DNA from: a virus
Taxonomy: Duplodnaviria; Heunggongvirae; Uroviricota; Caudoviricetes
Length of the DNA: 64,000 nt
Reading direction: 5' to 3' (one strand)
Virus record (IMG/VR): IMGVR_UViG_3300026382_000001
Part shown: positions 1 to 9,346 of the stretch, one piece after another
Layout: each line of letters begins with the position of its first letter
Numbering within the stretch: position 1 is the first letter of the stretch
Translations under genes and position numbers: made by a program
The notes under the pieces: generated by a model
Told to the model about the DNA's origin: nothing
Seen by the model: only the letters and a program-made list of their open reading frames with translations
Databases searched by the model: none

Positions 1-189
1 TTTATTATCAGTCATAACTTTATGTATATCATCGTACATTAATGCCATGAGTTCATGTATTGTTTTAGATTCATCACGAACTAAATAAAAATGTTCCCTT
101 AAATCCATTTGAGTACTAGGAGAATTATAACTTTTTATATATGAGTCGCGGAAATCTTCTATTTTCTTTTTTACTTGTTCTTCTGTCAT
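1..189 (-). CDS. hypothetical protein, truncated by the window edge (MTEEQVKKKIEDFRDSY...)
   Basis: ATG at 189 with an AGGAG Shine-Dalgarno upstream; frame stays open to position 1; not in the ORF track. Confidence 0.7.
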   Translation of the reverse strand, partial: MTEEQVKKKIEDFRDSYIKSYNSPSTQMDLREHFYLVRDESKTIHELMALMYDDIHKVMTDNK

Positions 190-219
190 AAAAGTCTCCT
201 ATTTAATATTTTTTTTCAA

Positions 220-231
220 TATTCTTTTGTT
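220..231 (-). promoter_or_regulatory. putative phage promoter, AACA-N6-TA (AACAAAAGAATA)
   Basis: same box upstream of several other genes; lies just downstream of a hairpin-TTTCCTGTC element. Confidence 0.45.
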
Positions 232-246
232 TGAAGTAAATCCAAC

Positions 247-282
247 GACAGGAAATAACTAAGGATAGTTCCTTAGTTATTT
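247..282 (-). terminator. hairpin + TTTCCTGTC element
   Basis: ATAACTAAGGA/TCCTTAGTTAT stem at the stop of ORF 281..856, followed by the conserved motif. Confidence 0.75.
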
Positions 283-856
283 AATATTTATATCTTAATT
301 CTGGATCAATTTCATCTAAATTTTTTGAAGTACTCGCTCTAGTATTTATTTGAACACCTGCTTTATTTTCTCGATGCGCTGGTAAAGCAAATTTTTTAGT
401 TTCTTGACCAACTGGTATTTTATTTCCACTGGATATTGTGCGCGCTTCGTTATGTAATTTATTAATTTCTTCTTTCGTGTTTTTAGTTCCGGCATTTAAT
501 AACTTTCTGGTTTTTTCCAGTTTTGTATTCGTTATATTTTTTTTATATCTTTTTATTGAACCTTTAAAACCATGATCTATAGAATCTTTTAAAGCTTTTC
601 TTTTATCCGAAAATGTAATTCTAGATCCTTCTTTTCTAATTTTTTCGTTAGTTTTTTCTAGTTTTTTAGCATCCGCTCTTTTAGCTTTTATTTCTTTTGC
701 CATTTTTGTTCTAGCTTGAGTAACTTTTTTAAATTCATGTATGTTTTTTTTAGCAGCGGCTCTTTTATCTAAGTTAGCATCTCCAGTATGATTAGACTCT
801 TCTAAAATTTTAGTAGCTTCTTGGATTAGTAAATTTTTATTTATTTCTAAAATCAT
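281..856 (-). CDS. basic putative internal head protein; N-terminus shared with 13588..14064
   Basis: MILEINKNLLIQEATKILEES vs MILEINKNVLVEEAVYILEES; Lys-rich remainder. Confidence 0.55.
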   Translation of the reverse strand: MILEINKNLLIQEATKILEESNHTGDANLDKRAAAKKNIHEFKKVTQARTKMAKEIKAKRADAKKLEKTNEKIRKEGSRITFSDKRKALKDSIDHGFKGSIKRYKKNITNTKLEKTRKLLNAGTKNTKEEINKLHNEARTISSGNKIPVGQETKKFALPAHRENKAGVQINTRASTSKNLDEIDPELRYKY

Positions 857-884
857 TTTTTGATTCCCTTATTTATTTTTATTT

Positions 885-2615
885 TTAGTTATCTTTCAAT
901 ATATAAACTGCTGTTCCAGGACCATGTAAAATTCTATAACCATTATTTATAATATTATCATTAACTGATAAATTTTCAGTATAAATAAAATCTGGTATAT
1001 TTTTTAATTTATGTTTCATAAAATATTCTCTTGGTATTAATTTAGAACAATCCTTAGAGACAAATTTTAAATCTGGGTTATTATTTTTAATATGTTTAAA
1101 TCCTAAAGATAAATAAACATTATTTTTAGTACTAGAAAAAGTTCGATTTCCGTATGATATTATACTTGGATAATTAAATAACCTTTGAAAATTCTTTAAT
1201 AATTTTCCAGCCGCACCAATAATATTATAATTTTTTTTAGAACAGAACCGTATTAATTCAAAATCGTAATTTTTATTATATCTACTTTTAGAAAATGTCA
1301 TTACCGATATTAATTCATCATTAAAAAATAATCCATATCTATATTGAGAGTTACTTGATCCCTGTATATGATTTTCTTTTAAAAATATATTTGTTGTTTT
1401 AGAATCTATTTCTTGAATTTGACATTTTCTAGCATATATTTTATTATAATTTAATTTTAACTTATTTTTAATCATACTTTTAATAATTTCTTTTTTGTTC
1501 CACCAATCATTTTCAAAAATATGGAATAAATTTATATTTTTATTTTCACATAATTCAGTTTTTTCTTTATGTCTTGAGCGTTGGAATAAATAATCACCTT
1601 GAGATTCAGAAACATTATTTAAACCATAACTATGCCAATACAAACCATTATATTCAAATGCTAAATTATATTCGGGTAAATAAATATCTAACTCATATGG
1701 TTTGATAATATTTCTAGAATTTTTAATAATTTTTATATCTGGTTTTAATGATAAAATATATTTTATTATTTCTTCTTCCGCTCTAGAAGTTCCAGTTAAT
1801 TTTGTATAAGTTATATTAAATTTTTTAAGATAAGTATGCCCATCATTATGAAGGGAATTAAAATTAAAATACTTATCAAATTCTGTTTTTTTAAAGGTAT
1901 TTGTTTTTTCATCAATAAAATTTTCTTCTATAAATTTTTTATTTAAATCTAAAGGATTTTTTCTATTTTGTTGTCTTGAATACATATAACCTTTTTTTAA
2001 TAATTGTTTATTAAAAAATTCTTTTTTTAATTCTGGGTTTTTCATATAATGTGAATAACCATATTTTTTTATACAATTATTTTTTGTTTTTTGAATTACT
2101 TCTGGATTTTTACGAGGATTACTATACCCAGTTTTTTCAAAATAATTTTGCTTTCTTTTTTCTTTAATTTCTATTAATTGTTGTGGATTACGAACACCAA
2201 AATTTTTTAAAGAAGTTTCCTCTTTTTTTAATTTTATATTTTTTAATTGTGATATATTCTTAACACCATATTTTTCCAAATTTGTTTTTTGAGTTTTTTC
2301 TTTACGATTTTTTTTAGATACTTGAATTACATCTGGATGTTTAATATGTTCTTTACAACTAAGTCGTAATCGTTTATGATTAGGTATATAAAGTTTAGCA
2401 TGATTACAACTGTTAATTATACATTTACAATCTTCTGGTTTATACTTTTTTAAAATATTTATTAAATATGATAATTTATATTCTTCTAAAAATGAATATC
2501 TTTCATATAATTCTTTTAAAAAATTATTTTGTTCTAAAGTTCTATTTTTAATAGTACTTTGATTAAACATTAAATTATCTTTTAAAAAATTTAAGTCGAT
2601 TAATTCTTTTATCAT
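885..2615 (-). CDS. Hef-like homing endonuclease (EKYGV repeats, PD-(D/E)XK domain, C-terminal GNAT-like domain)
   Basis: NLEKYGV/KNFGVRNP/EKTGYSNP repeats; ELDIYLPEYNLAFEYNGLYWH; YARKC...FLKENHIQG. Confidence 0.75.
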   Translation of the reverse strand: MIKELIDLNFLKDNLMFNQSTIKNRTLEQNNFLKELYERYSFLEEYKLSYLINILKKYKPEDCKCIINSCNHAKLYIPNHKRLRLSCKEHIKHPDVIQVSKKNRKEKTQKTNLEKYGVKNISQLKNIKLKKEETSLKNFGVRNPQQLIEIKEKRKQNYFEKTGYSNPRKNPEVIQKTKNNCIKKYGYSHYMKNPELKKEFFNKQLLKKGYMYSRQQNRKNPLDLNKKFIEENFIDEKTNTFKKTEFDKYFNFNSLHNDGHTYLKKFNITYTKLTGTSRAEEEIIKYILSLKPDIKIIKNSRNIIKPYELDIYLPEYNLAFEYNGLYWHSYGLNNVSESQGDYLFQRSRHKEKTELCENKNINLFHIFENDWWNKKEIIKSMIKNKLKLNYNKIYARKCQIQEIDSKTTNIFLKENHIQGSSNSQYRYGLFFNDELISVMTFSKSRYNKNYDFELIRFCSKKNYNIIGAAGKLLKNFQRLFNYPSIISYGNRTFSSTKNNVYLSLGFKHIKNNNPDLKFVSKDCSKLIPREYFMKHKLKNIPDFIYTENLSVNDNIINNGYRILHGPGTAVYILKDN

Positions 2616-2658
2616 ATTATATCCTTTAGTTAAAATATCTATATAAATATAATTAGAT

Positions 2659-2706
2659 AACTATTCATAGTATGTGTATCAATAGTTAACTATTGATAGT
2701 TATTCG
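2659..2706. repeat. palindromic AATAGTTAACTATT repeat cluster 1
   Basis: 22-bp perfect palindrome TATCAATAGTTAACTATTGATA at 2677-2698; flanks near-identical to 13477-13511. Confidence 0.85.
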
Positions 2707-2726
2707 ATAATTTTCTTTTATTTAAA

Positions 2727-2763
2727 GACATGAAATTATTAGAAGCTTAAGCTTCTAATAATT
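2727..2763 (-). terminator. hairpin + TTTCATGTC (variant) element
   Basis: perfect inverted repeat at 2734-2763 at the protease stop, followed by a one-mismatch motif. Confidence 0.7.
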
Positions 2764-3610
2764 ATTTAAGTTTAATACTTTTTTGATATTTAGTAGTATC
2801 CATTTTAAGGGATTGTTCTACTAAGTAATCAATACTTTCGTTAAGAGGTCTAGCCATACATATACCATTAATACATACTTGTCCAGTCATTCCTTCCATA
2901 GCGGCTTTACCATCTTCTCTAATACTTTCAAAAAGACTTCTTGATTCTTCCATAATTTGGGGATGAACTTCGTTTTGAAGAGCTTTTTTGTATTCAGTCA
3001 TTTCTTGAAGTAATTCTTTAAGTTTATCTTTCGCAGAAGCTTCTTCACCCTCAGCTAAGAATTCTTGAATTAGGGCATTATCATGCGATGGCATACAAAC
3101 TACATCAAAAGTTAAACCTTTAATATCATCTGCAAGAACTACTGTAGTTCCATTTTCATTTTTAGTACTTCCAAATGCTCTTAAAGAGAATCCAATACTA
3201 ATATTATCTTTTAAAAGATCTCTAACGATGCGACCACTTGGTGTATTAAGAGTTTCTACTTCGGCGTATATTTTACCATCAATAAAATCTAGTTTTCTGA
3301 AAAGTACACAAACGTTCTGTAAAAGAATAGTACTACTTCTTTTCATTTTAGCAGCCATATCCCCTTGAGGTTGTGGATGATCTAATTCTCCAAGTAGTTT
3401 ACGAGTTCTTGCTTTATCTCTTAATTGATAAACGATAGCTTGTAAAGTCTCGCTTGGGTACATTCTCTTATTATTATTAATAACATTAGCTTCTTGCAAA
3501 ACCGCTCTAAAAATTAGTCTCGAATCCGTACTTCCAGGAACCATAGATTCTTCTAAAATTTTTACAGGAGTATTCGATGTATAAGCTTCTTCCGATATAG
3601 ATTGAAACAT
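2762..3610 (-). CDS. prohead core protease (T4 gp21-like)
   Basis: NNNKRMYP, LLGELDHP, ETLNTPSG, IGFSLRAFG and FDVVCMPS motifs. Confidence 0.88.
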   Translation of the reverse strand: MFQSISEEAYTSNTPVKILEESMVPGSTDSRLIFRAVLQEANVINNNKRMYPSETLQAIVYQLRDKARTRKLLGELDHPQPQGDMAAKMKRSSTILLQNVCVLFRKLDFIDGKIYAEVETLNTPSGRIVRDLLKDNISIGFSLRAFGSTKNENGTTVVLADDIKGLTFDVVCMPSHDNALIQEFLAEGEEASAKDKLKELLQEMTEYKKALQNEVHPQIMEESRSLFESIREDGKAAMEGMTGQVCINGICMARPLNESIDYLVEQSLKMDTTKYQKSIKLK

Positions 3611-3640
3611 ATGTGATTCCTTAATTTATTTAATTTTAAT

Positions 3641-3652
3641 TATCTTTTTGTT
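3641..3652 (-). promoter_or_regulatory. putative phage promoter, AACA-N6-TA (AACAAAAAGATA)
   Basis: about 30 nt upstream of the protease ATG. Confidence 0.45.
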
Positions 3653-3681
3653 ATAACTAAAGATACATGTCTTAAAAAAAC

Positions 3682-4389
3682 TTAAAATAAAGATATCTTA
3701 AGTTTTCTCAATTCATCTGTAAAATTATTTTCCATAAGGTCTATAAAATCATCATTTGAAATATTTTTAATAGTATCTAATTGTCGTTGAATTTCTTCAT
3801 TCTTGCTTCTTAAATTTTCTTTTAAATCAGAATCGTCTGTATCTTTAAGTAATTCATTTCTCATTAAAATTTCTTGATCTTTATCAAGTTCTTCTTTAAG
3901 TTTTTTAAATTTATCTTTTAAACCAATTTCACAAGTTGAATCATCCGAATTAATTTCTTCTTTTTCGATATTAGCAAATTTATTATCTTTTAATAAATTA
4001 TCAGAAGTTTTATAAAAAAATTCTTTTGTTTCTTCTGGATCGGCTTCTAAAAATTCCTGAATAAAATTATAAGTATCTTTATCCCGCATTAGAATTTGAA
4101 ACTTACTTCCAGTACTGGCTTTAATTTTTAAAATTAATAATATAAAAGCAAAAGGTATTCTCATATCATATATAATAGTTATAAGTTTTTCCTTATTTAA
4201 TGTTCCAATCGCATTAAAAACCATTCCTAAGTATTCATAACTATCTTTTTTATCAGAAAGATTTAAAATATCATCTTTCTGAATTTCTAAAATATTATTA
4301 TTCTTTTTAAGACATATATAAAGAGAATTCTTTTTTTCATTTCTCATAATACTAAATTTTATATCTTTTATATCTTTCGTATCTTTCAT
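3682..4389 (-). CDS. hypothetical protein with acidic coiled-coil C-terminus
   Basis: 235-aa ORF in operon context; no recognisable motif. Confidence 0.6.
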   Translation of the reverse strand: MKDTKDIKDIKFSIMRNEKKNSLYICLKKNNNILEIQKDDILNLSDKKDSYEYLGMVFNAIGTLNKEKLITIIYDMRIPFAFILLILKIKASTGSKFQILMRDKDTYNFIQEFLEADPEETKEFFYKTSDNLLKDNKFANIEKEEINSDDSTCEIGLKDKFKKLKEELDKDQEILMRNELLKDTDDSDLKENLRSKNEEIQRQLDTIKNISNDDFIDLMENNFTDELRKLKISLF

Positions 4390-4392
4390 ATC

Positions 4393-5625
4393 TTATCCAA
4401 ATAATGAATCATTGACAATATTATTTAAATTTTTAGATGGTTTATAACCAAGTACTTTATATAATTTAAATACGGTAGGAATTCTTTTTTGAACACCCGT
4501 ATTAATATTATTATCCTTAGATGGTTCTATAAAATTAATAAAATTATTTTTAGTTACAATATCGTCTAAAAGCATATTCAAATATTTTTTTTGATTTTCA
4601 TTTAAATTCGTTTCGTTAATAAGAATACCTTGGATAATATGTTTATAAAATTCTAAATATTTATATGCTAATTTTAAAATAGTTATTTCATTTTTTACAC
4701 ATGCTATATTAATAATAGAATTTACTATATTTAATTCATCGTTAAATTCTTCATGTTTATCCATATAAATAGTTAATAAGTGCATTGCGTTAACAGTATC
4801 AGAAATATCAGTAAATGTTCTACTTTGCTTACCATCTCCATAAATATTAAAAGGTTTTAATATTTCGGTAGTTGATTTTTCATCTTTGATAAGTTCTAAA
4901 TTAGTTTTAATAATTTCTAAATTCTTTTTAAATATTCTGTTAAAATTAGATAAAACGAAACCATCTTTTTGACCAGGACCAACTATATTAAATAATCTAG
5001 TAACTATTACATTCTGATTAAAATCTTTACCAAAATTTAATAATAAATTTTCAGCTGTTAATTTTTGTAAAGCGTATTGTGGGCGATATCTATCTTTTAA
5101 AATATTTACTCTGACGTCTTCGCTTTCATTCATATTCGCTTGGTCTCCATATACTTCTGAGGTACTAGTAAAAATAATTTTATTAAATTTTAAATTCTTT
5201 ATATATGTTGGAGAATTTGGATCCATTAATCTAACCAAGTAACTATAAAAATTAAAATTTAATAAATAATCTTCTATCGAATGATGTTTCGTTACATTTT
5301 CCGGTCCTAAAGAAGAAGCTAACTGAAAAATATTAATATTATTTCCATTGTCTTCCTCATACAAAGTATTTAAAAATTCTAAATTACTGTATGGATCTTG
5401 AACCATATCAAATTGATAAAATTGTAAATCATTTTTATCGACTATACTTTCCTTAATTTTATCAATTTCTGGATGTTTATATTTATCGATTACTATAACT
5501 TTATGGGAATCTTTATCTAAATTTAATAATTTTTTAATTAAATGTAATCCAATAAATCCACTACCTCCAAAAATTATCGAAACATTTCTTTTTTTAAAAG
5601 TATTTTCTAATTCGTTGTTTTCCAT
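4393..5625 (-). CDS. NAD-dependent nucleotide-sugar epimerase/dehydratase/decarboxylase (extended SDR)
   Basis: GGSGFIG, TSTSEVYG, YALQK (YxxxK), RLFNIVGPGQ, GDGKQSRTF. Confidence 0.88.
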   Translation of the reverse strand: MENNELENTFKKRNVSIIFGGSGFIGLHLIKKLLNLDKDSHKVIVIDKYKHPEIDKIKESIVDKNDLQFYQFDMVQDPYSNLEFLNTLYEEDNGNNINIFQLASSLGPENVTKHHSIEDYLLNFNFYSYLVRLMDPNSPTYIKNLKFNKIIFTSTSEVYGDQANMNESEDVRVNILKDRYRPQYALQKLTAENLLLNFGKDFNQNVIVTRLFNIVGPGQKDGFVLSNFNRIFKKNLEIIKTNLELIKDEKSTTEILKPFNIYGDGKQSRTFTDISDTVNAMHLLTIYMDKHEEFNDELNIVNSIINIACVKNEITILKLAYKYLEFYKHIIQGILINETNLNENQKKYLNMLLDDIVTKNNFINFIEPSKDNNINTGVQKRIPTVFKLYKVLGYKPSKNLNNIVNDSLFG

Positions 5626-5634
5626 ATTTTTCCT

Positions 5635-6282
5635 TTAAAATATTTTTATTATTATTTCTTGGTTTACAACCAAATTATCATGCTTTATTATTAGACCAGG
5701 ATAAGTATGTAATAATTCGACTTTAAATAATATATCTTCTCTGCTTAAATTAATAATTTCTTTATTCATATATGGTTGTTGATAAACTCCCAAATTATAT
5801 TTATTTTGGTATTCATAATTTCCAGGAATATAAAATTTATAATAAGATTCAAAAGTATTGTATTGAGTATTAGATAAATTTGGCCTAGCTATTACGTCAC
5901 AAAATTCCGAAATAATTCTATGATCCTCGTGTATATCTGGAGCAAGAGTAATTAAAATATTTTCGTTATTATTTATATTTACTACGTTACTTATCCAATT
6001 CTCTAATAAATTTCTAATCGTTTTTTTATTTTCAAAAAATAAGGTATCTATTATATTGGGATTTATTTCAATACTTATATTATTATTTGGAAATAATTTT
6101 TTTAAATTCTTTATTTGAGCTTCTTTACGATTAGTATTTATTAAATCATGATGTTTGTATAATCCAGAACTCGCTATATAAAAATGTATTTCATCATCTG
6201 GTTTAATAATCTGAGTTAAATAAATACTTATTCCGAATTCAATATCATCTAAATGTGCTGCTACTACGTAATAATTTTTCAT
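5635..6282 (-). CDS. PIG-L/LmbE family de-N-acetylase
   Basis: AHLDD and DIHEDH metal motifs. Confidence 0.8.
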   Translation of the reverse strand: MKNYYVVAAHLDDIEFGISIYLTQIIKPDDEIHFYIASSGLYKHHDLINTNRKEAQIKNLKKLFPNNNISIEINPNIIDTLFFENKKTIRNLLENWISNVVNINNNENILITLAPDIHEDHRIISEFCDVIARPNLSNTQYNTFESYYKFYIPGNYEYQNKYNLGVYQQPYMNKEIINLSREDILFKVELLHTYPGLIIKHDNLVVNQEIIIKIF

Positions 6283-6284
6283 TT

Positions 6285-6950
6285 TTAATCCTTTTGACTT
6301 TGTAAAATTATTCCTGTATCAAATTCTAATCTTTCTTTTCCGAAGAATTCAAAATTATATCCAAGTAATTTTGATTTATGTACTAAAATTGTTTTCATAA
6401 ATGGACTTTCAATATTATATGGCCAAGCAAAATATTTTGGTTGATGATTTAAAAGAACACTGGAAAGCATTAACATATTATTAATGTCTTGTAAGAATTC
6501 TTCTTTACATTCTTTTAATCCTTTTATTTCATCTTTTCCAACTACGGGAGGATAATTAATTCTAGAAATGATTCCATTCTTTAAAGTACTTTTTAAATGT
6601 TTTAAACCATGTAATCCTATAAAACAGTTGTATTTTGGATCAAGATCTTCGATTTCATTTATTTCCTCTAAACTCATATAATACTTAGTATCTTTTTGGT
6701 TATGCGCATCATAACAAGTTATAAATTCTTTATTTGGTAAATCATTGTTATTTCTAAGAATCCCTAATGAAATAAAAAATATTTTTTTATTTGGTAATTG
6801 TTTTAAATCATATAAGTATTTATAATTACTATATAATCCGTCGTCAAATGTAAATATTGCTTCTGGATCGTTTCTAGAAATATTTTGAATTATTTTTATA
6901 ATATTATCATTTATTTCGTGGAACAACCACACTATCGGTTGTGTATTCAT
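6285..6950 (-). CDS. polysaccharide deacetylase (NodB/CE4-like)
   Basis: FHEI, TFDDG, LHGLKH and FAWPYN motifs. Confidence 0.78.
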   Translation of the reverse strand: MNTQPIVWLFHEINDNIIKIIQNISRNDPEAIFTFDDGLYSNYKYLYDLKQLPNKKIFFISLGILRNNNDLPNKEFITCYDAHNQKDTKYYMSLEEINEIEDLDPKYNCFIGLHGLKHLKSTLKNGIISRINYPPVVGKDEIKGLKECKEEFLQDINNMLMLSSVLLNHQPKYFAWPYNIESPFMKTILVHKSKLLGYNFEFFGKERLEFDTGIILQSQKD

Positions 6951-7052
6951 TTTGTATTTCCTCTTCGTAATTTAGATAAGAATATCCCATAAAATATATT
7001 TTATTTTTTTAAATATTTTATTTAAATTCTTAAATATTTTAATTCTTTAAGG

Positions 7053-8198
7053 TTATTTGAACCTTAAAGAATCTCTAATATTGTTTCTTGTATTTTTAGT
7101 AATTACTTCATCTTTAATTGGATCAGATACATAATCAACAGCTTCTGATTCCTGAAGAGAAGTTTCTACATTATGAAGATTAATATATTTATTACTCCAT
7201 TTAATTGGATTAGTTTTTACTTCTGGATTAATAGGTTTTAGACCTATTGCTAAAAGTCTCTGGTTAATTAGGTACTTAGTATATTGTTTACTAATCTCCG
7301 CATTCATACCAGGAAGATTTCCCTTAGAGAATAGATGATCGGCCCATTCAAAAGATTCTTCTTGGGCTTCAAAATATGCGTCATAAATCCAAGGTTGTAA
7401 TTTTCGAACTACCTTCTCAAATAGAGGGTGTCTTTTTAAAGAGTTAAATAAGTATTGCGTTAAAGCAAGATGCTGTTTCTCGTCTCTTTGAATGAATTGT
7501 AGTAATCTCGAACTACCAGCCATTTTTCCACAGAACTCAGTAATACTCCAGATAGCCATAAATCCAGGATAGAAATGAATTCCTTCTAAAATATTCATAC
7601 TGATAATAGCTTTAATAATATCTTCGAGAAGTTCTTCGAACTCTGCATCTAAAATATCTATATTATTTTTAGTCTTATAAAGATAAGAAATAATACTGTC
7701 ATAAAGCTTATTTGGTTCTCTAACCGTTGTAGTAGCGGCTTTAAGAAGAACTTTATTATCCCAAATATTATTAAAAATAATATCCGGATCAGTGTATAAA
7801 TTCTCAACCATATAACTATAGGTTCTAGAATGTATTCTACTCTCTTGGAACTCTTGCTCGAGAAGACATGCTTCAAATTCCGGATTAGTAGTTAATTGTC
7901 CAAATGTTAATAATGGGCTACGACCTTGTAAAGAATCTAAGAATACTAATCTAGAAAGTTGCTCCGAATAAACAAAGTCTTCTACTTCGGTAAATGATTC
8001 TTTATCTAATTTATCTTTTTGTAATTTAATTTCTTCTGGAAACCACATTTGTCTTTGAATGGTCATCGCCATATTACTTAAGAAATTAAAATTATTTTTA
8101 TCGTATCGTTGGGTATTTCTGGCAGTTCCAAAAAAGAGTGGTTCTGCTACAGTATCTACTTTTTCTAAAGTATAAATATCATATTTAGTTTTTTGCAT
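7053..8198 (-). CDS. nrdB: ribonucleotide reductase class Ia beta subunit
   Basis: WFPEEI, LDSLQGR, ESRIHSRTY (radical Tyr), LEGIHFY, RDEKQH. Confidence 0.95.
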   Translation of the reverse strand: MQKTKYDIYTLEKVDTVAEPLFFGTARNTQRYDKNNFNFLSNMAMTIQRQMWFPEEIKLQKDKLDKESFTEVEDFVYSEQLSRLVFLDSLQGRSPLLTFGQLTTNPEFEACLLEQEFQESRIHSRTYSYMVENLYTDPDIIFNNIWDNKVLLKAATTTVREPNKLYDSIISYLYKTKNNIDILDAEFEELLEDIIKAIISMNILEGIHFYPGFMAIWSITEFCGKMAGSSRLLQFIQRDEKQHLALTQYLFNSLKRHPLFEKVVRKLQPWIYDAYFEAQEESFEWADHLFSKGNLPGMNAEISKQYTKYLINQRLLAIGLKPINPEVKTNPIKWSNKYINLHNVETSLQESEAVDYVSDPIKDEVITKNTRNNIRDSLRFK

Positions 8199-8486
8199 TA
8201 ATTATCCTTTATATTTTTCCAGAATTCGATAGCTTTAATAACTTTATTAATTCTACCAATATCCCTTTCCATATAATGAACATTTAATAATTTTTTTAAA
8301 TGTTCATCCAATTTTTGTATTCGATGCCCTATATCCGAAGAACCATAAAGATACTCCGTTTTAGACAAAGATTTATTCTTTAAAATAGATTCGGCCTTTT
8401 TGGTATTAATTATAGTTGGATTCTTTAATTAAAAAAGTATCTTTTTCATCTTTAAATAAATCAGAATCTGTTATATAATGAGCCAT
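8198..8486 (-). pseudogene. small gene broken by a one-base frameshift (or an assembly error)
   Basis: ATG at 8486 with AAGGA SD gives only 26 aa; the +1 frame continues KNPTIINTKKAES...KAIEFWKNIKDN and its TAA overlaps the nrdB ATG (TAATG). Confidence 0.55.
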
Positions 8487-8491
8487 AATTA

Positions 8492-9253
8492 TTATCCTTT
8501 AAAATATATATCCTGTTTTTTATAATATTTTTTAAGTTTTTTAATACCATCTTTATTATTGTATTGTAAACCATTTATAATGATTCCAGTACATATCCCT
8601 CTTTTTAACATATCTTCTGCATCTAACCAAAAATCTTTTCCCTGATTTAAACGTTTCCATTCTTTTTTAGTAAAATACTTCTGAGCGCTTCCTAAAAATT
8701 TATCCAAATGCTTTTTAGTGAATTTTATTTTATCTATCATATCAGACATTTTCCCAGAAGCTCCACCAGAACTATGATGAAACATAATTCTAGAATTTGG
8801 ATAAATTAATCTATTTTCCAAAGCAATAAATGTAAATGCTCCAGCACTAGAGGCATGAGAATTAATAGTAATACTAATTTTATGTAATCTATTTTCTTTT
8901 TTAAAAACTTTTTCTAAGTCTTGTAAAGTATTAATAAACTGTTGACATTCTGTAGCATATCCACCATTACTAGAAATATATATTCGTACTGTATCTAATT
9001 CCGGATTTACCATTCTTAATTCATCTAAAATTTTATAAAGACTTGGTTCATCGTTTAAGAATCCGTCTAAGTTTAATAAATATAATTTTGGATGAATGTA
9101 TTTATTTTTCTTTTTATCAATAAGAATTGGTTCTTGTGGTTCAACTGTTAAATGATGTTTTTTTGCAGCTATATTATAAAGTTTACCTTTATGTTCTTTT
9201 TTTGGTTCTTGGGGTTTTTTAATTTCGGTTGGTTTGTTAATTTTCTTTTTCAT
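8492..9253 (-). CDS. ClpP-like serine protease
   Basis: ISSNGG, ASSAGAF (catalytic Ser), PNSRIMFHH, DFWLDAEDMLKRG. Confidence 0.82.
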   Translation of the reverse strand: MKKKINKPTEIKKPQEPKKEHKGKLYNIAAKKHHLTVEPQEPILIDKKKNKYIHPKLYLLNLDGFLNDEPSLYKILDELRMVNPELDTVRIYISSNGGYATECQQFINTLQDLEKVFKKENRLHKISITINSHASSAGAFTFIALENRLIYPNSRIMFHHSSGGASGKMSDMIDKIKFTKKHLDKFLGSAQKYFTKKEWKRLNQGKDFWLDAEDMLKRGICTGIIINGLQYNNKDGIKKLKKYYKKQDIYFKG

Positions 9254-9346
9254 ATTTTTCCTTTAAATTATTTAAAATATTAAAAATAATATAATGGTAT
9301 TGAAATTAATACCATTATTATATTTATTTTATATTTATAAAGTTTT

